This document shows, in pieces, positions 11,774 through 24,372 of a stretch of 64,000 nt of DNA. The number at the start of each line of letters is the position of its first letter. Within the stretch, counting starts at the first letter, position 1. The stretch is taken from the NCBI GenBank assembly GCA_951406725.2, contig OX597818.1, forward strand, positions 111,228,001-111,292,000. The letters are read 5' to 3'. The translations under genes and the position numbers were made by a program. The stretch comes from Octopus vulgaris. Lineage: Eukaryota. The notes below the pieces were generated by a model. The model was not told where the DNA came from and did no database searches. It was given only the letters and a program-made list of their open reading frames with translations.

Positions 11774-12730
11774 CTGAAGTGGATATGTTAGTAGCAGTTT
11801 TTCTAATTGTCAATGAATCCTGAGAGTATTGTCAAATGATCATGTTTGGTGAAGTTGCCTTTGGCAGCCAGCTGGTTCTGCAGTTGGTCTGACTCTGTGA
11901 ATAAGCTGGGTCTTTCAACATTTCAAAATACAATTTACTCAAACCTGTTTCCTGCTGCAAGACTGAAAGTACAGTGGGAGGGTTGAAAATGATACCAAAA
12001 GATTTGGAAAAAATCTGAAGATAACTGCTATGCCGAACATTTGGCATAAATAAATTGGTCAGGAAATTACCCTTGGTTGATGGCCACCTAAGGAGGGTAA
12101 ATCACCAGAAAGGTTTATTATTCTCAGTTAAGTTAGCAGAATTGTTTACTTTATCAAAGTACCCACAGCAACATCATCATCATCATCATCACTTAACATC
12201 TGCTTTCCATGCTGGCATGTGTTGGACAGATTGACTGAAGATTGGCAAGCCAGGAAGCTGCACCATGCTCAAATTTGATCTGGGATGGTTTCTACAGCTG
12301 GATGCCCTTCCTAATGCCAACCATTCCAAGAGTGCAATGGGTGCTTTTTACGTGCTACCGTCACAAGAGCCAGTCAGGCAGGCTTGGCATTGATCACGTT
12401 TGGTTGGTGCTTTTTATGTGCCACTGGCATGGGATCCAGTCAGGCGGCCTGGCATCGATTACGTTCAGATAGAGCTTTTTACATGCCACTGGCATAAGAG
12501 CCAGTCAAGTGGTATTGGCATCAGCCTTGTTCAGATGGTGCTTTTTACGTGCCACCGGCATGGGAGCCAGTCAGGGAGTATTGACATCGGCCACGTTCAG
12601 ATGGCGCATTTTACGTGCCAACTTTTGATAGTTTTAATAAGGCTTGCCACGTGAGAACTGGTAAGCCAGTCACATAACTAGACACCAGTTTCTGGTTAGG
12701 GTTTCTGATTACAATTTCAGTGTCTGTGAA

Positions 12731-13485
12731 GGCACATAGCTTAGTGGTGATAGTGTTTGGTTCCAGGACTGTAAGGTTGTGGGTTTGATTCCTGGTAGCA
12801 TATTGTGTCTTTGATCAAGATATATGTGTGTGTAGAAAACTGTATTTTTACATTGCTGCAACCCACTCAGCTAGCAAAACTGAATGCCACCTACTGTAAA
12901 TCAAGTATTTCAAAGGGGGCTGGCCTTGTCACACTGAATCTCCCTGAGAACTATGTTAAGGGTATGCATGTATGTGGAGTTCTCAGCCACTTGCATGTTA
13001 ATTTCACAGGCAGGCTGTTCCGTAATCAGGTCAACTGGAACCCTTGTTCTTGTAACTGACAGAAAGACATTTATGTATGTATGTATGTCGAACACAAAAT
13101 CTCATTTTCTTAAAAATACACTACACAAGGATGTATGAAATTACTGAACACATTTAGGTTCATTTAGATTAAATACAGTTTCTGGCATTCCATCAGTTAC
13201 AACAATGAGGGTTCCAGATGATCTGATCAACTGAACTTACCTTCTCATGAAATTGATGTGCAAGTGGCTGAGTACTCCGCAGACATGCATACCCTTAACA
13301 GAGTTCACATGGAGATTCAGTGTGACAGAGAATGCGAGAAAGCTGGCCCCTTTGAAAGACAGCTGAGTGGGCTGAAACAATGTGAAGTAAATTGTCTTGC
13401 TCAAGGACACAAAGCACTTCTGGGAATCGAACTCATAACATTACAGTAGTGAACCAAATACCTTAATCACCAAGCCATGCACCTT
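12731..13485. mobile_element. Tail-to-tail pair of an old tRNA-headed SINE family
   Basis: 12731-13062 (+) and 13188-13485 (-) share ctcagccacttgca...ttaatttca and ctggaaccct...gtaactga as reverse complements. A head fragment also occurs at about 345-450(-). Confidence 0.7.
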
Positions 13486-13934
13486 CATACATACTTACGT
13501 ACATACGTAGATACGTATGTACACACATACGTATTTAAATACATACATATGTACGTACATCACATGACTCCCCTCCCCGCCCCGTACTGGTGGTACGTAA
13601 AACGCAACCTCTGAAATTGGTCTATGCCAGCCCCCTCACCAAGACTGGCTCCTGTGCTGGTGGCACCTAAAATGCACCATCCAAACATGGCTGATGCCAG
13701 AGCTGCCTGACTGTCTTCCGTGCCGGTGGCACTTAAAAAGCACCATCCAAACATGGTCAATGTCAGCCCCCTCACCTCTTTAGGATTGCTCTGCTCACCT
13801 TCATGGCCTGAGGAAGGGGCTAGAAAAAATGCCCTAAGCATAGCTTGCTTCACCTCACCCTGGTCTACATACTGTGGCAGGCAGGGATCCCAATTATGTC
13901 GTTAAACCACCAAAAGGAAAACATTGGTGTCATT

Positions 13935-14356
13935 GGCGCAGGAGTGGCTGTGTGGTAAGTAGCTTGCTAACCAACCACATGGTTCTGGGTTCAGTCCCAC
14001 TGCGTGGCATCTTGGGCAAGTGTCTTCTGCTATAGCCCCGGGCCGACCAATGCCTTGTGAGTGGATTTGGTAGACGGAAACTGAAAGAAGCATGTCGTAT
14101 ATATGTATAAATGTATGTATATGTATGTGTGTGTATATGTTTGTGTGTCTGTGTTTGTCCCCCTAGCATTGCTTGACAACTGATGCTGGTGTGTTTATGT
14201 CCCCGTCACTTAGCGGTTCGGCAAAAGAGACTGATAGAATAAGTACTGGACTTACAAAGAATAAGTCCCGGGGTCGATTTGCTCGACTAAAAGCGGTGCT
14301 CCAGCATGGCCGCAGTCAAATCACTGAAACAAGTAAAAGAGTAAAGAGTAAGAGTA
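13935..14356 (+). mobile_element. tRNA-derived SINE (CORE-like centre, internal (TA/TG)n, AAGAGT tail), full-length copy
   Basis: A/B-box-like head ggcgcaggagtggctgtgtggtaag...gggttcagtccc and cttgggcaagtgtctt core. Near-identical copy at 30751-31154. Older or partial copies at about 970-1100, 4000-4290, 6668-6905, 14725-15090, 15830-16450, 21855-22570, 51820-52190, 53985-54120, 59135-59490 and 60160-60525. Confidence 0.88.
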
Positions 14357-15161
14357 TTGTTCACAATTTTTTTTATATCTGGTGTGTAATTTGAGGAACA
14401 TTTGGTTACTATTTGCAGAAGTTTCAACATCTGAGTAGGGGTTTCTTTCAGGGGCTTGAAGCAATTAAACCTATTGGAATTCATGGCTGTGACTAGCAAT
14501 AAAGGTTGTAGGCCACATGCTGCATGGATGTACCATTTTCATTCTAGAAGCTTCCTGGTTTATGTGAATAAATGAATGTTGTCATTCCTACATGTGTCAC
14601 AGGTTTGCACTTGTTGTCTATGAAGATTAAAAGATAAACCCTGTCCTGTTCTTAATTACAAAGAAAAATATAAAAACAAAAAAGCTAATGAGATAGAAGT
14701 AAAAGGAAAAAAAATTTTATGGGTATTAGTGTGGCTGTGTGGTAAGAAGCTTGCTGCCCGACCACATGGTTCAGGGTTCAGTCCCACTGTGTGGCACCTT
14801 GGGCAAGTGTCCTACTACAGCCTTGGGCCAACAAAAGTCTTGTGAGTGGCTTTGGTAGATGGAAACTGAAAGAAGCTTGTTGTGTGTGTATGTGTTTTTC
14901 TGTCTGTGTTAGTTGTTTGTCCCCTACCACCAATTGAAACCAGTGTAGGTTTGTTTATGTCCCTCTAACTTAGTGATTTGGCAAGAAAAAAAATGTACTG
15001 GGTTGGTTTGTTTAACTAAGAATTCTTTCCAGATGGTGCCCCAGCCTGGCCGCAGTCTAATAATTGAAGAAAATAAAAAATAAAAAGATATTATTTTAGT
15101 TACTGCTTCATTATCATTGTGTTCACGTTATTTTTCTTGACTGGTTTTTTCTCCTTTGTAG

Positions 15162-15291
15162 ACAACATCCAGAATATGAAGGTCGTTCGTTCTTTTTGGC
15201 CACATATCCCAGCAAAGAGCTACAAAACGAGAGCTTAACACTAGCTGAAGGAAATCTTTTAAATGCTGTAATAATACAACGAATGAGATAA
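15162..15291 (+). CDS. NSFL1C: NSFL1C/p47-like terminal coding exon (UBX C-terminus)
   Basis: ctttgtAG acceptor. Translates QHPEYEGRSFFLATYPSKELQNESLTLAEGNLLNAVIIQRMR*, similar to p47 ...[30 protein letters not shown]. TAA at 15289-15291. Confidence 0.92.
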
Positions 15292-15443
15292 GCCAAGAAA
15301 CTAACATTTCGTTACGTTTTCTTATTTTCTGTTACCTAACCTATCCAACTGATGGTGTAGAAATTTCTTAGGAAAGGTAACTTCTGTTCTCTGCTTTTTT
15401 TCCTTTTTTTTTTTGCCCCACTCAGCATGTTAAGTTAAAATGA

Positions 15444-15745
15444 AATAAAAACATAAGTTAAAATCTCACTCTACTGTTTCAACACAGTTCCTAGCAGAGG
15501 CCATAATTAAAGGACAAAAAAAAAAGTTTAAAAAAAAATTTTTTTTTTTCAAGTCTTATGTGTATTTCTTGTTGACGTATCAATATTAATATTACAAATA
15601 ATCGTTAACTTGTTTCGTTATTGTTTTGATCTTGCTGCCACTTACGTTATGTCCAACTTGTATTCTAGTCAGATAGTTGGTAAGATATTCAAGATACATT
15701 ACAACCATGTTGAGAAGTGGTGGCCACATGATTGTCACAAATAAA
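15444..15745 (+). terminator. Candidate polyadenylation signals of the NSFL1C-like gene
   Basis: AATAAA at 15444-15449 and 15740-15745, in repeat-poor sequence downstream of the stop codon. Usage not demonstrated. Confidence 0.4.
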
Positions 15746-18370
15746 GTTTAATATCATGATAAAAGCGTGTACGTATATGTGCCTGTGTTCATGTATATGT
15801 TATTTCGGTGGGGGTCTCTTCTATCTTTTGTCTTTTACTTGTATTGGCCATGCTGGGGCAGCATCATGAAGAACTTTTGGTTAAATGAATCAACCCCAGT
15901 ACTTGTTTTTGTCTTCTTTTTTTTTAAGCCTGGTGCCTATCTGTCAATCTCTTTGCTGAACTGCTAAGTTACTGGGGGCATAAACACACCACCACCGCCG
16001 GTTGTCAAGTGGCAGTGGGACGCACACACACGTCACGAGCTTCTTTCAGTTTCCATCTACCAAATCCACTCACAGGGCTTTGGTTGGCCCAAGGCTGTGG
16101 TAGAAGACACTTGCCCAAGGTGCTATGCAGTCGGACTGAACCCAGAACCATGCAGTTGGGAAACAAATTTCTTACTGTACATCCACAGTGAGTGGATTTG
16201 GTTGAAGGAAACTGAAAGAAGCCTGTTGTATGTGTGTGTGTGTGTGTTTGTCCCCCACCATTTCCTTACAACCAGTGTTGGTGTGTTTACATCCCTGTGA
16301 CTTAGTTGTTCGGCAAAAGAGACTGATAGAATAAGTACTAGGCTGAGAAAACAAAAAAACAGTATTGGGGCCCATTCATTTGACTAAAACCTCTCCAAGG
16401 TGTTGCCCCAGCATGGCCACAGTCTAATGACTGAAACAAGTAAAAGATAAAAGACGATACTTATGATTGACATGGCAGCACATTTATTGATTTTATATTG
16501 CGTTTGGTAATCAATAGCCTGATTGGTTACTGGTTTCCAATCACGGTTCATTGTATGTCTGACAACAGGAGTAACCATGGCGTGTCGGCGTTTTGGTGCA
16601 GAACAAAGGACTTCATTCAAAAAGCATTGTATTTTTTTTGTATTTTTTTTTCCATTCTTTACAATATTCATTGATACCTGTCAGCAAAGGATATACCTAC
16701 CTACATACATCTTACTCCTCTTCCTCCTTCACCTCCTCCTCTTCCTCATCATCATCATTTAACGTCTGCTGTCCATGCTAGCATGGGTTGGACAGTTTGA
16801 CTGAAAACTGGTAAGCCAGGGAGCTGCACCAGGTTCCAGTTTGATCTGGTATGGTTTCTACAGCTGGATGCCCTTCCTAACACCTACCACTCCAGGAGTC
16901 TAATGAGTGCTTTTACATGGCACCAGAGATTGGTTGAAGTGGAACTGAATAATGGTTATGCTACGAAGTATTAAAAAAGAATTATCAGTTATTTATGTTC
17001 TGTACGAATACTTTTTTCACCCATAAATATTTATAATTGAATATAAATTCCTTAGTTACTATAATTTATTAGTTTCTTTTGCATATTCTTAGTTTATGCA
17101 TGTGTATGCAAATATAGTATTGGTATATCCCATTTCTGTTCATTAGTAAATAAATAAATAAAGAATTTTGACATGTACGAATATTTATTTCACCCCACTG
17201 TATATAGGTATAGGTATATTTGAGTATGTATGTATACACAAACACACCCAAGCATACGCGCTCATGCGCACGTAGACACACACAAAAACAGACAGACACA
17301 CACACACATATGCACATACGCTCTAAAACGCACACACGCACACAAGTACATGCACACACACACTTGCACTTAGAGAAACACACATGCACACAAACATGCG
17401 TACACACGCACATGCACAAACGCAGACAGACACACGCACGCACATACACACACACAAATATGTGTGTACACTTGCATATACTTAAACAGATGATCGCAAA
17501 CATTTTAACCAAGTTGAGATAACTCTGAAGTTCTCTCGATCTTGTAAACCAGCTAATACGGAGTTGTCTCCCATTGCTCAATAATAACTTATTAATATTG
17601 TTCACTCTGTCTCTACCTTAAGATATGCTCGACTTTTAAAACACAAAGTGATTAATTCAATTAGTGACATAATTATCGTCTCATTCCAGTATGTTCTGCC
17701 ATCTTGCAAGACAACCCATTTCTCTCTGCTGAAAGAGTTCCTTGTCTTTACTCTGCGAAAATCTCTTCCAGGTGGATTTTTAAAATCTTCCTCAAATTTG
17801 AAGATTTCAATGAATTTTTGAAGAGACGAAAAACCGTAGAAATCTGAAGACGCAAGATCGGATGAATATATAGAGGGCGGCAAAACTTAACAGCCAAATC
17901 CCAGTGACTTCTGCCACGTTTGTAAAGAAGTGTGCTGTCTTGCATTGTCTTTATAAAACCAGAAAAAAACAATGCCATTGCGATTAGTAGGACTGAACAC
18001 TTCTGATGGATCGCTGCATTTACTTTGTCCAGCTGGTCACAGTACACGTGCGAAATGATGGTCCCTTGTAAAAGCCAACATCCTTTCAAACCCACGAAAT
18101 TGGAAGCATAACATCGTTCGTGTGAATTCCTGCTTTGGAGATGGTTTATTATCGTTCGCCTCCCCTCTTTCATCGTTTACGCTTCACATTGTTATTGACG
18201 ATTAAATTTTCGTCTCTTTAAAAACAGATTCGTTTTCCTCCTGTTCCTGCAATGAATCGCCAACCGAAATCCTTTAGGCAAACTTGACCTCATTCAATTG
18301 ATGCGGGAACCAAACATCGGTCCTGCTGACATAATCGATTCAATGGGTTTTCATCGATGGATATATAGAG

Positions 18371-18782
18371 AATACCAAACGAGTTCCCTATGGATACCGT
18401 ATTTATTACAACGAGTGGCTTGTAAACGTATCTAACGAGCGAAAGCGAGTTAGATACGTTTACAAGCCACAAGTTGTTATAAATACGGTATCCATAGGGA
18501 ATGAGTTTGGTATTTTATTTATTACACACGAGTAAACGACCATATTTTATTAACCCAATAACTAAATTCTTCACGTTTAGTTGTAACTTATGAATGACAA
18601 AAGTAGTGCCGTCACCGTGACCTCGGGTCATCACCATGAATTGACCAATCAGAAGCATTGCTGTCACCGTGACCTCGGGTCATCACCATGGATTGACCAA
18701 TCAGAAGCAGCGCTCGCAGTATCTGACATATGTTAGATACCAAAAATATCTCAAAGTGTTCTCACTCACATGTGTGTAATAA
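18371..18782. mobile_element. Non-coding palindromic insertion element (hairpin plus short tandem repeat), class uncertain
   Basis: About 66-bp-arm inverted repeat at 18371-18514, short inverted ttattacacac...gtgtgtaataa pair at 18519/18782, and two 53-bp direct repeats at about 18611-18710. It interrupts the mariner reading frame. Confidence 0.6.
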
Positions 18783-18994
18783 TTTGATAATATCTGCGAT
18801 CACACTTGTCGTATAACGGAGTTTGATGTTGCTGTTCATCTCGGTTGGTCGGCCAAAGTGACGTGCATCTTGAACCGAAAATTTTCCTGATCGAAATTTT
18901 GAAAACCATTTCTAGCACACACCTTCCGTAACAGCATCTTCTCTGTACACAGCGCGTGCCTTTCTGCTCTTTCTACCACTTTCCTGCCACCTAA

Positions 18995-19291
18995 TCTTTA
19001 TATATAAAACTGTAGTTGTGTGAGTGTCTGTCCCCTTCGATTTAGATTCCTAACTACTCCCACATTTTGCCGTGCAGTTTAACCAAAAGCGGGTATCTTA
19101 TAGTCGTGATCCATATCGAGCCCTTTTGGGATTTAGCGCGCGTCTACGATGAATCTACGATTAAAAAAAAAAAATTTACCATCTTTTTAATCCATTTTTC
19201 GCTCGGTTTTATATAAGGGAAGTAACTCTCTAAAAATTCTTATATAGTTATTTCCCTTACAAACCCGATCAACGCCGGGCGATACTGCTAA
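18995..19291 (+). mobile_element. Non-autonomous Helitron, family 2 (nested in a mariner relic)
   Basis: A|TCTTTATATATAAAA start and the same 3' hairpin plus gatactgCTAA end as family 1, with a different interior. A second copy lies on - at 61837-62130. Confidence 0.8.
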
Positions 19292-20108
19292 TAAATAAAT
19301 AAATAAATAAAAACGCATGAAACGTCGATAATGTTCGTTTTGGTTCTCCATTTTCAGGGTGTGGCCATGCACACAAAATGTAACCTGTCTCGTCGCAAAT
19401 TCGCGGAGAATTACATTGAAGTGTCAAGTATCTAACGAGTGCACGTGCCCCAGGGACAGGTTAAACTAAGCTAGTTATTAGAGCGCTTGAAGGTTAATGT
19501 CAACTGAAACTGAACTCACTCGTTGGTCGGCCAAATATGTCGTCATTCTCAACATATTTTTTTTATTGTCATATAAATATATTTGAGAAAAATATTCAAG
19601 ACTTCATTGAGCAAATTTGGCAACTCATAATAAAAAAAAAGTCAGGAAGTCCCTCTCCGACATCGAAACAATAAATTTATTAATTTCTAAAGCGCGAACT
19701 CATCCTAACTGTTCAGCCATCACACCCGCACGCACGCACGCACATACATACACACACATGGCTAAACAAACAAACAAAAAATAACAAATTAGACGAACGT
19801 ATATAAACAGAAGATACAAATATTGCAGGCATCCCCCCCCCACACTAACTAAACATAGACGTACATAGAGATATACGCATGCGCAAATGAAGACATACAA
19901 TAAAAATACAAAATGGCTGACGGTTAGTAAGGAGAGACAAATAAGAAAAGAAAACAAAGGACCACTGATGCGGTCACAGGAGTGTGACGAAAGAACTGGC
20001 CGAAATAAGATTAAGATTAATGTAAAAAATAAATAACACTGAAGTAACACCAAATATATAGTGCGGGTGTTTTTATTGGCTAAACTGGCAAAATGACCAT
20101 TCTGAAAT

Positions 20109-20176
<68 letters not shown>

Positions 20177-20303
20177 GACATGTAGTTGAAGTGTGTGCTG
20201 TTAAGAACGTATAAGAGTACAAATAGAGCTCTTAGTTCCTGTAGCCGAATTGGTGCCCTTCCGCATAGGCTGTGTATGAAGCTGCCATACATAAATATAT
20301 ATA

Positions 20304-20343
<40 letters not shown>

Positions 20344-20347
<4 letters not shown>

Positions 20348-20926
20348 GTGATAATTAAAAATTTATGCATACATACAAACGTAGAAACGGGAAAAACAAA
20401 AATTTAACAAGTACAGGACAGGCTACACAAGGTAAATTCCAAAAAATTTTTACAACAAGAAAACAAGTACAGGACAAGCTACACAAGGAAACATCCACCG
20501 TCATCAGCTGTCGCTAGTTAACTCAGGCGTGTTTCGAAGGCAAGACAGGACACTCGTTAACTAGACCTTCCTGCGAGAGAATTGCTTGGAATTTTATTTT
20601 ATTTTAATTCTCTCGCAGGAAGTCCTAGTTAACGAGTGTCCTGTCTTGCCTTCGAAACACGCCTGAGTTAACTAGCGACAGCTGATGGCGGTGGATTTTT
20701 CCTTGTGTAGCTTGTCCTGTACTTGTTTTCTTGTAAAAATTTTTTGGAATTTACCTTGTGTAGCCTGTCCTGTACTTGTTAAATTTTTGTTTTTCCTGCT
20801 TCTACGTCTTGTTGTGGCGTCCTGTACTTACGTATATTTATTTATATATGCATGTATATATACATGTAGATGTAGGTACATACAAATATGTTTGTATGTA
20901 TGCATATATTTTTAATTATCACATTA
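20344..20926. repeat. Fold-back inverted repeat (~240-bp arms, ~22-nt loop)
   Basis: ...ttcctgcgagagaatt [20584-20605] aattctctcgcaggaa...; complementarity extends out to taatgtgataattaaaaa / tttttaattatcacatta, with one large indel. Confidence 0.9.
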
Positions 20927-20995
20927 TTGTCTGACAGCGCCCCGCGTCAGGTTCGTTTCGATTTGTCGGTTCGTTCCACTTCTTGTCTCCTTTCA

Positions 20996-21052
<57 letters not shown>

Positions 21053-21113
21053 TATTAGAGACAAAACCACTATTTTGCAAAACAAACAAGGAAAAACTTA
21101 ATCAATACATAAA

Positions 21114-21162
<49 letters not shown>

Positions 21163-22162
21163 TTTTAAGCGCTCTTTTCGTTCCAGCAGTCGCCAAAGCA
21201 ACACGTATTTGTTCGTCTCCCTGCGGCCATTAGGCACAACTTCATAAGCCAGCCCCATACTCAACTCGTCCTGTCGAAAGACCCTTGTCCTACGTCCTGG
21301 TTTTGTTTTGTTGTTTATTTTTTATTTTTACCGTTATTGTTTTTATGTTTTTGTATTCTTATTGGTGTCACGTATTCTGTATTTTTGTTCGTGTACTTCG
21401 TTCGTTTTCCGTCCTCGTGTTGTATACATTCGAAGCTTTCTTCCAGGGGATCTAATGCGCTTGGCTTAGATTTCCCTTGGCGGGCTGCCCATATCGGAGC
21501 AATCTCAAGATTAATCAGCCGAAATTGCTAAGATGATCTGGTTCTTGACTGATGACTGAGGGCTTCGAATGTCCCGTCCTGTGGTTCTTGTGTCGTCTCT
21601 GTGGTGTTTCATGTTCTTGTCCATGTCTGTAATTATTTTTACTGTTTACCTATATATATATATATATATATATACATACACACACCCACATCACGTCAAT
21701 ATTTTTCTGCAAGTTCCCATAACTCTACACTTCGCCGAAAGTGAAACTTGTCCAGAGTTGTCTCCCATCACTGACTACATCTAATTCCTAATGTGTATTG
21801 AATGTTCTCAATGTACGGACGGAATGTGCCCCGTTCTACGTCTTTCTTAAAGTTGCTGTGTAAGAAGAGAAGCGTGCTTTCCAATCATATGGTTCCAGGT
21901 TCAGTCTCATTGGGTGGAGCTTTGGGTAAGTGTCTTCTACTATACCCTCTGGCCGACCAAAGCCTTGTGAGTGGATTTGGTAGGCAGAAGCTGAAAGAAA
22001 TCCGTCGTACATACATACATACATACATACATGTATATATATAAATGTGTGTGTGTACACTTTGGTCTCATATATATATATATATATTGCTAAAAATGGT
22101 AAGACAACAAAAGAATGAAAGAGACCTCGATATTATGTAAATAGAGGAATTTCCGTTGGCCG

Positions 22163-22222
22163 GATAACTGAAGAGATGGTGGCATGGATTTCCACCTCGG
22201 AATCCGAAACTCGAGTTTTATC
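22163..22222 (+). ncRNA. Minimal type I hammerhead ribozyme motif (PLE pLTR-like)
   Basis: GATAA-CTGAAGA-[helix II]-GAA-ACTCGAGT(palindromic helix III)-T-TTATC; helix I is GATAA/TTATC. Related copies at 35064-35126(+) and about 34908-34968(-). Confidence 0.7.
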
Positions 22223-22251
22223 ATGGCTACCGAATAATTGTCACATATTAT

Positions 22252-22362
<111 letters not shown>

Positions 22363-23804
22363 TGATTGTGTCTTTATTTGTTCTGGATCACCGCTTCACA
22401 ACTGGTCTTGGTGTGTTTACGTCCCCGTAACCTAACGTTTCGGCCAAGGCAACCGACAGAATAAGTACCAGGCTTTTAAAAATACTGGAATTGATTCGTT
22501 TGAGTAAGATTCTTCAACACAGTGCTCCAGCATGGCCGGAATCTAATGACTAAAACAAGTAAACGAGAAAAAGAGAAAAACGTGTGTTTCCAACGGTTTT
22601 GATCGCGTATTTTTCGACAAATTTCTTTTGATTGATGAGTTTGGCAAAATTTCCCAACCCATTCCAAGGATATTCTGTTCTACTTTAGGCACAAGGCCCG
22701 ACATTTTTGGAGAGGGAGACCAATCGATTAGATCAACCCCAATACACAACTGGCACTTAATTTATCGACCCTGAAAGAATGAAATGCAAAGTCAACCTCG
22801 GCTGAATTTGAACTCAGAACATAAAGACAGACGAAATATCTATTTCTTTACTACCCACAAGGGGCTAAACACAGAGAGGACAAACAAATTGACAAACAAA
22901 TTAAGTAGATTACATCGACCCCAGTGCGTAACTGGTACTTATTTAATCGACGAGCGGCGAGCTGGCAGAAACATTAGCATGCCGGGCGAAAAGCTTAGCA
23001 GTATTTCGTCTGCGCTATGTTTTGAATTCAAATTCCGCCGAGGACGACTTTGCCTTTCATCCTTTCGGGGTTGATTAAATAAGTACCAGTTACGCACTGG
23101 GGTCGATATAATCGACTTAATCCGTGTGTCTGTCCTTGTTTGTCCTCTCTGTGTTTAACCCCTAGTGGGTAGTAAAGAAATAGGTACTTATTTAATCGAC
23201 CTCGAAAGGATGAAAAGCAAAGTCGACCTCGATGGAATTTGAACTCAGAACGTAGCGGCAGACGAAATACCGCTAAGCACTTCGCCCAGCGTGCTAACGT
23301 TTTTGCCAGCTCACTGCCTTGTGACACATCCGAGACGCCTTATAAATGCTATTAGTCGGTGGAGCCAAAATGTCATTATGTATTTGAGATCTGCTGGAGG
23401 GCAAATAACTAATACTAGAACGGGGCCCACAGAGCACAATTAGTCACTCTTTCCTCGGTCAGAGGAATTTCAATTATTAAGCACCGATTTCAAATTATCG
23501 AGTGCAGCTTCATCTATACGAGGAGTATACTTACTCGTTTTCCTTATATTAGCTCGCATTTCTTATATTGGTGCTGCGAAAAATAAGGGCAGTGGAGTGA
23601 TTGGTAGGATCGGTGGCTCGTTGGACATATATTCTCTGAACATTATTTACATTTGACGGATATTTGTTCTCATCGTGTTTGTTGTTAACACAACGTTTCG
23701 GCTGATGTACTCTCCAGCCTTCATTAGGTGTCTTGGGGAAATTTCGAACCTGGGTTCTCATTCCTAAGGTATTTTGCGATGTTATTATTATTATTATTAT
23801 TATT

Positions 23805-24372
23805 GAGTGAGAGAGCAGTGCATACCATCAAAGTGACACTGGAGTAAAATATAGCCCAGTATACCCATCCATACTAGCCGTCTGATAAAGGTATAGCAGG
23901 AACATGCATCACAACCATATGTGCGCGACATCGTGATCTCATATCAAGATAAACAGCACATGACCTTGCAGGTGGGGCCCAGTTAGAATTTTCTTCTGGT
24001 CGAGTAACCCATCCCACTCAAAGGGTCCCTGAATAAGGATTGTTTAAGGATGTTGAACGAAACACCCATGTTTCCAGAGGTGAATTATTCAAACCTCAAA
24101 GAATCCCTCTCAACACATGGCTATGATGCTCCCCCACTACTTCTGCTCGTGATCAGAGATGCACATATCGTCAGCCAGTAAGGGACTTGCTCAACTGGTG
24201 AAGGTCAAACAACTGACAAGCAAATCTGTGGTATTGAGCAGTGTATTTGCAGTAGCCCATCTTTTATACCAATACAAAACAATGTACATGATGACACTTC
24301 CAAACAGTTAAGATCAGAAGCCACGAGAGCCACTGCCTGGTACTGTATCAGGGCATTTATTATTATTATTAT
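23805..24372 (-). mobile_element. Interspersed repeat bounded by (AAT)n, probably a retroposon
   Basis: Homologous partial copy at about 2050-2345 (gagtga.agagcag...ccatgtttccagaggtgaattattcaaacc). Both abut (TTA)n. Confidence 0.7.

Larger units (their letters stand above)
11268..15161 (+). other. U12-type (minor spliceosome) GT-AG intron, 3894 nt
   Basis: 5' splice site GTATCCTTT is the exact U12 consensus. Branch-like TTTTCTTGAC at about 15132-15141, roughly 20 nt upstream of the AG. The reading frame is joined correctly across it. Confidence 0.8.
17600..19355 (-). pseudogene. Decayed mariner transposase, interrupted by two younger insertions
   Basis: Minus-strand pieces in correct order: MENQNEHYRRFMRFY (N-terminus), AVYREDAVTEGVC*KWFSKFRSGKFSVQDARHFGRP (HTH), VWFPHQL (WVPHEL motif), YCDQLDKVNAAIHQK, and YSSDLASSDF (YSPDLAPSDY motif). 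Confidence 0.8.

Noticed and set aside
20645-20695. GAAAC...CTGATG order suggesting a permuted (type II/III) hammerhead; similar at 21519-21560 and 32743-32782
   Set aside because: I could not build convincing helices I and II around the core boxes.
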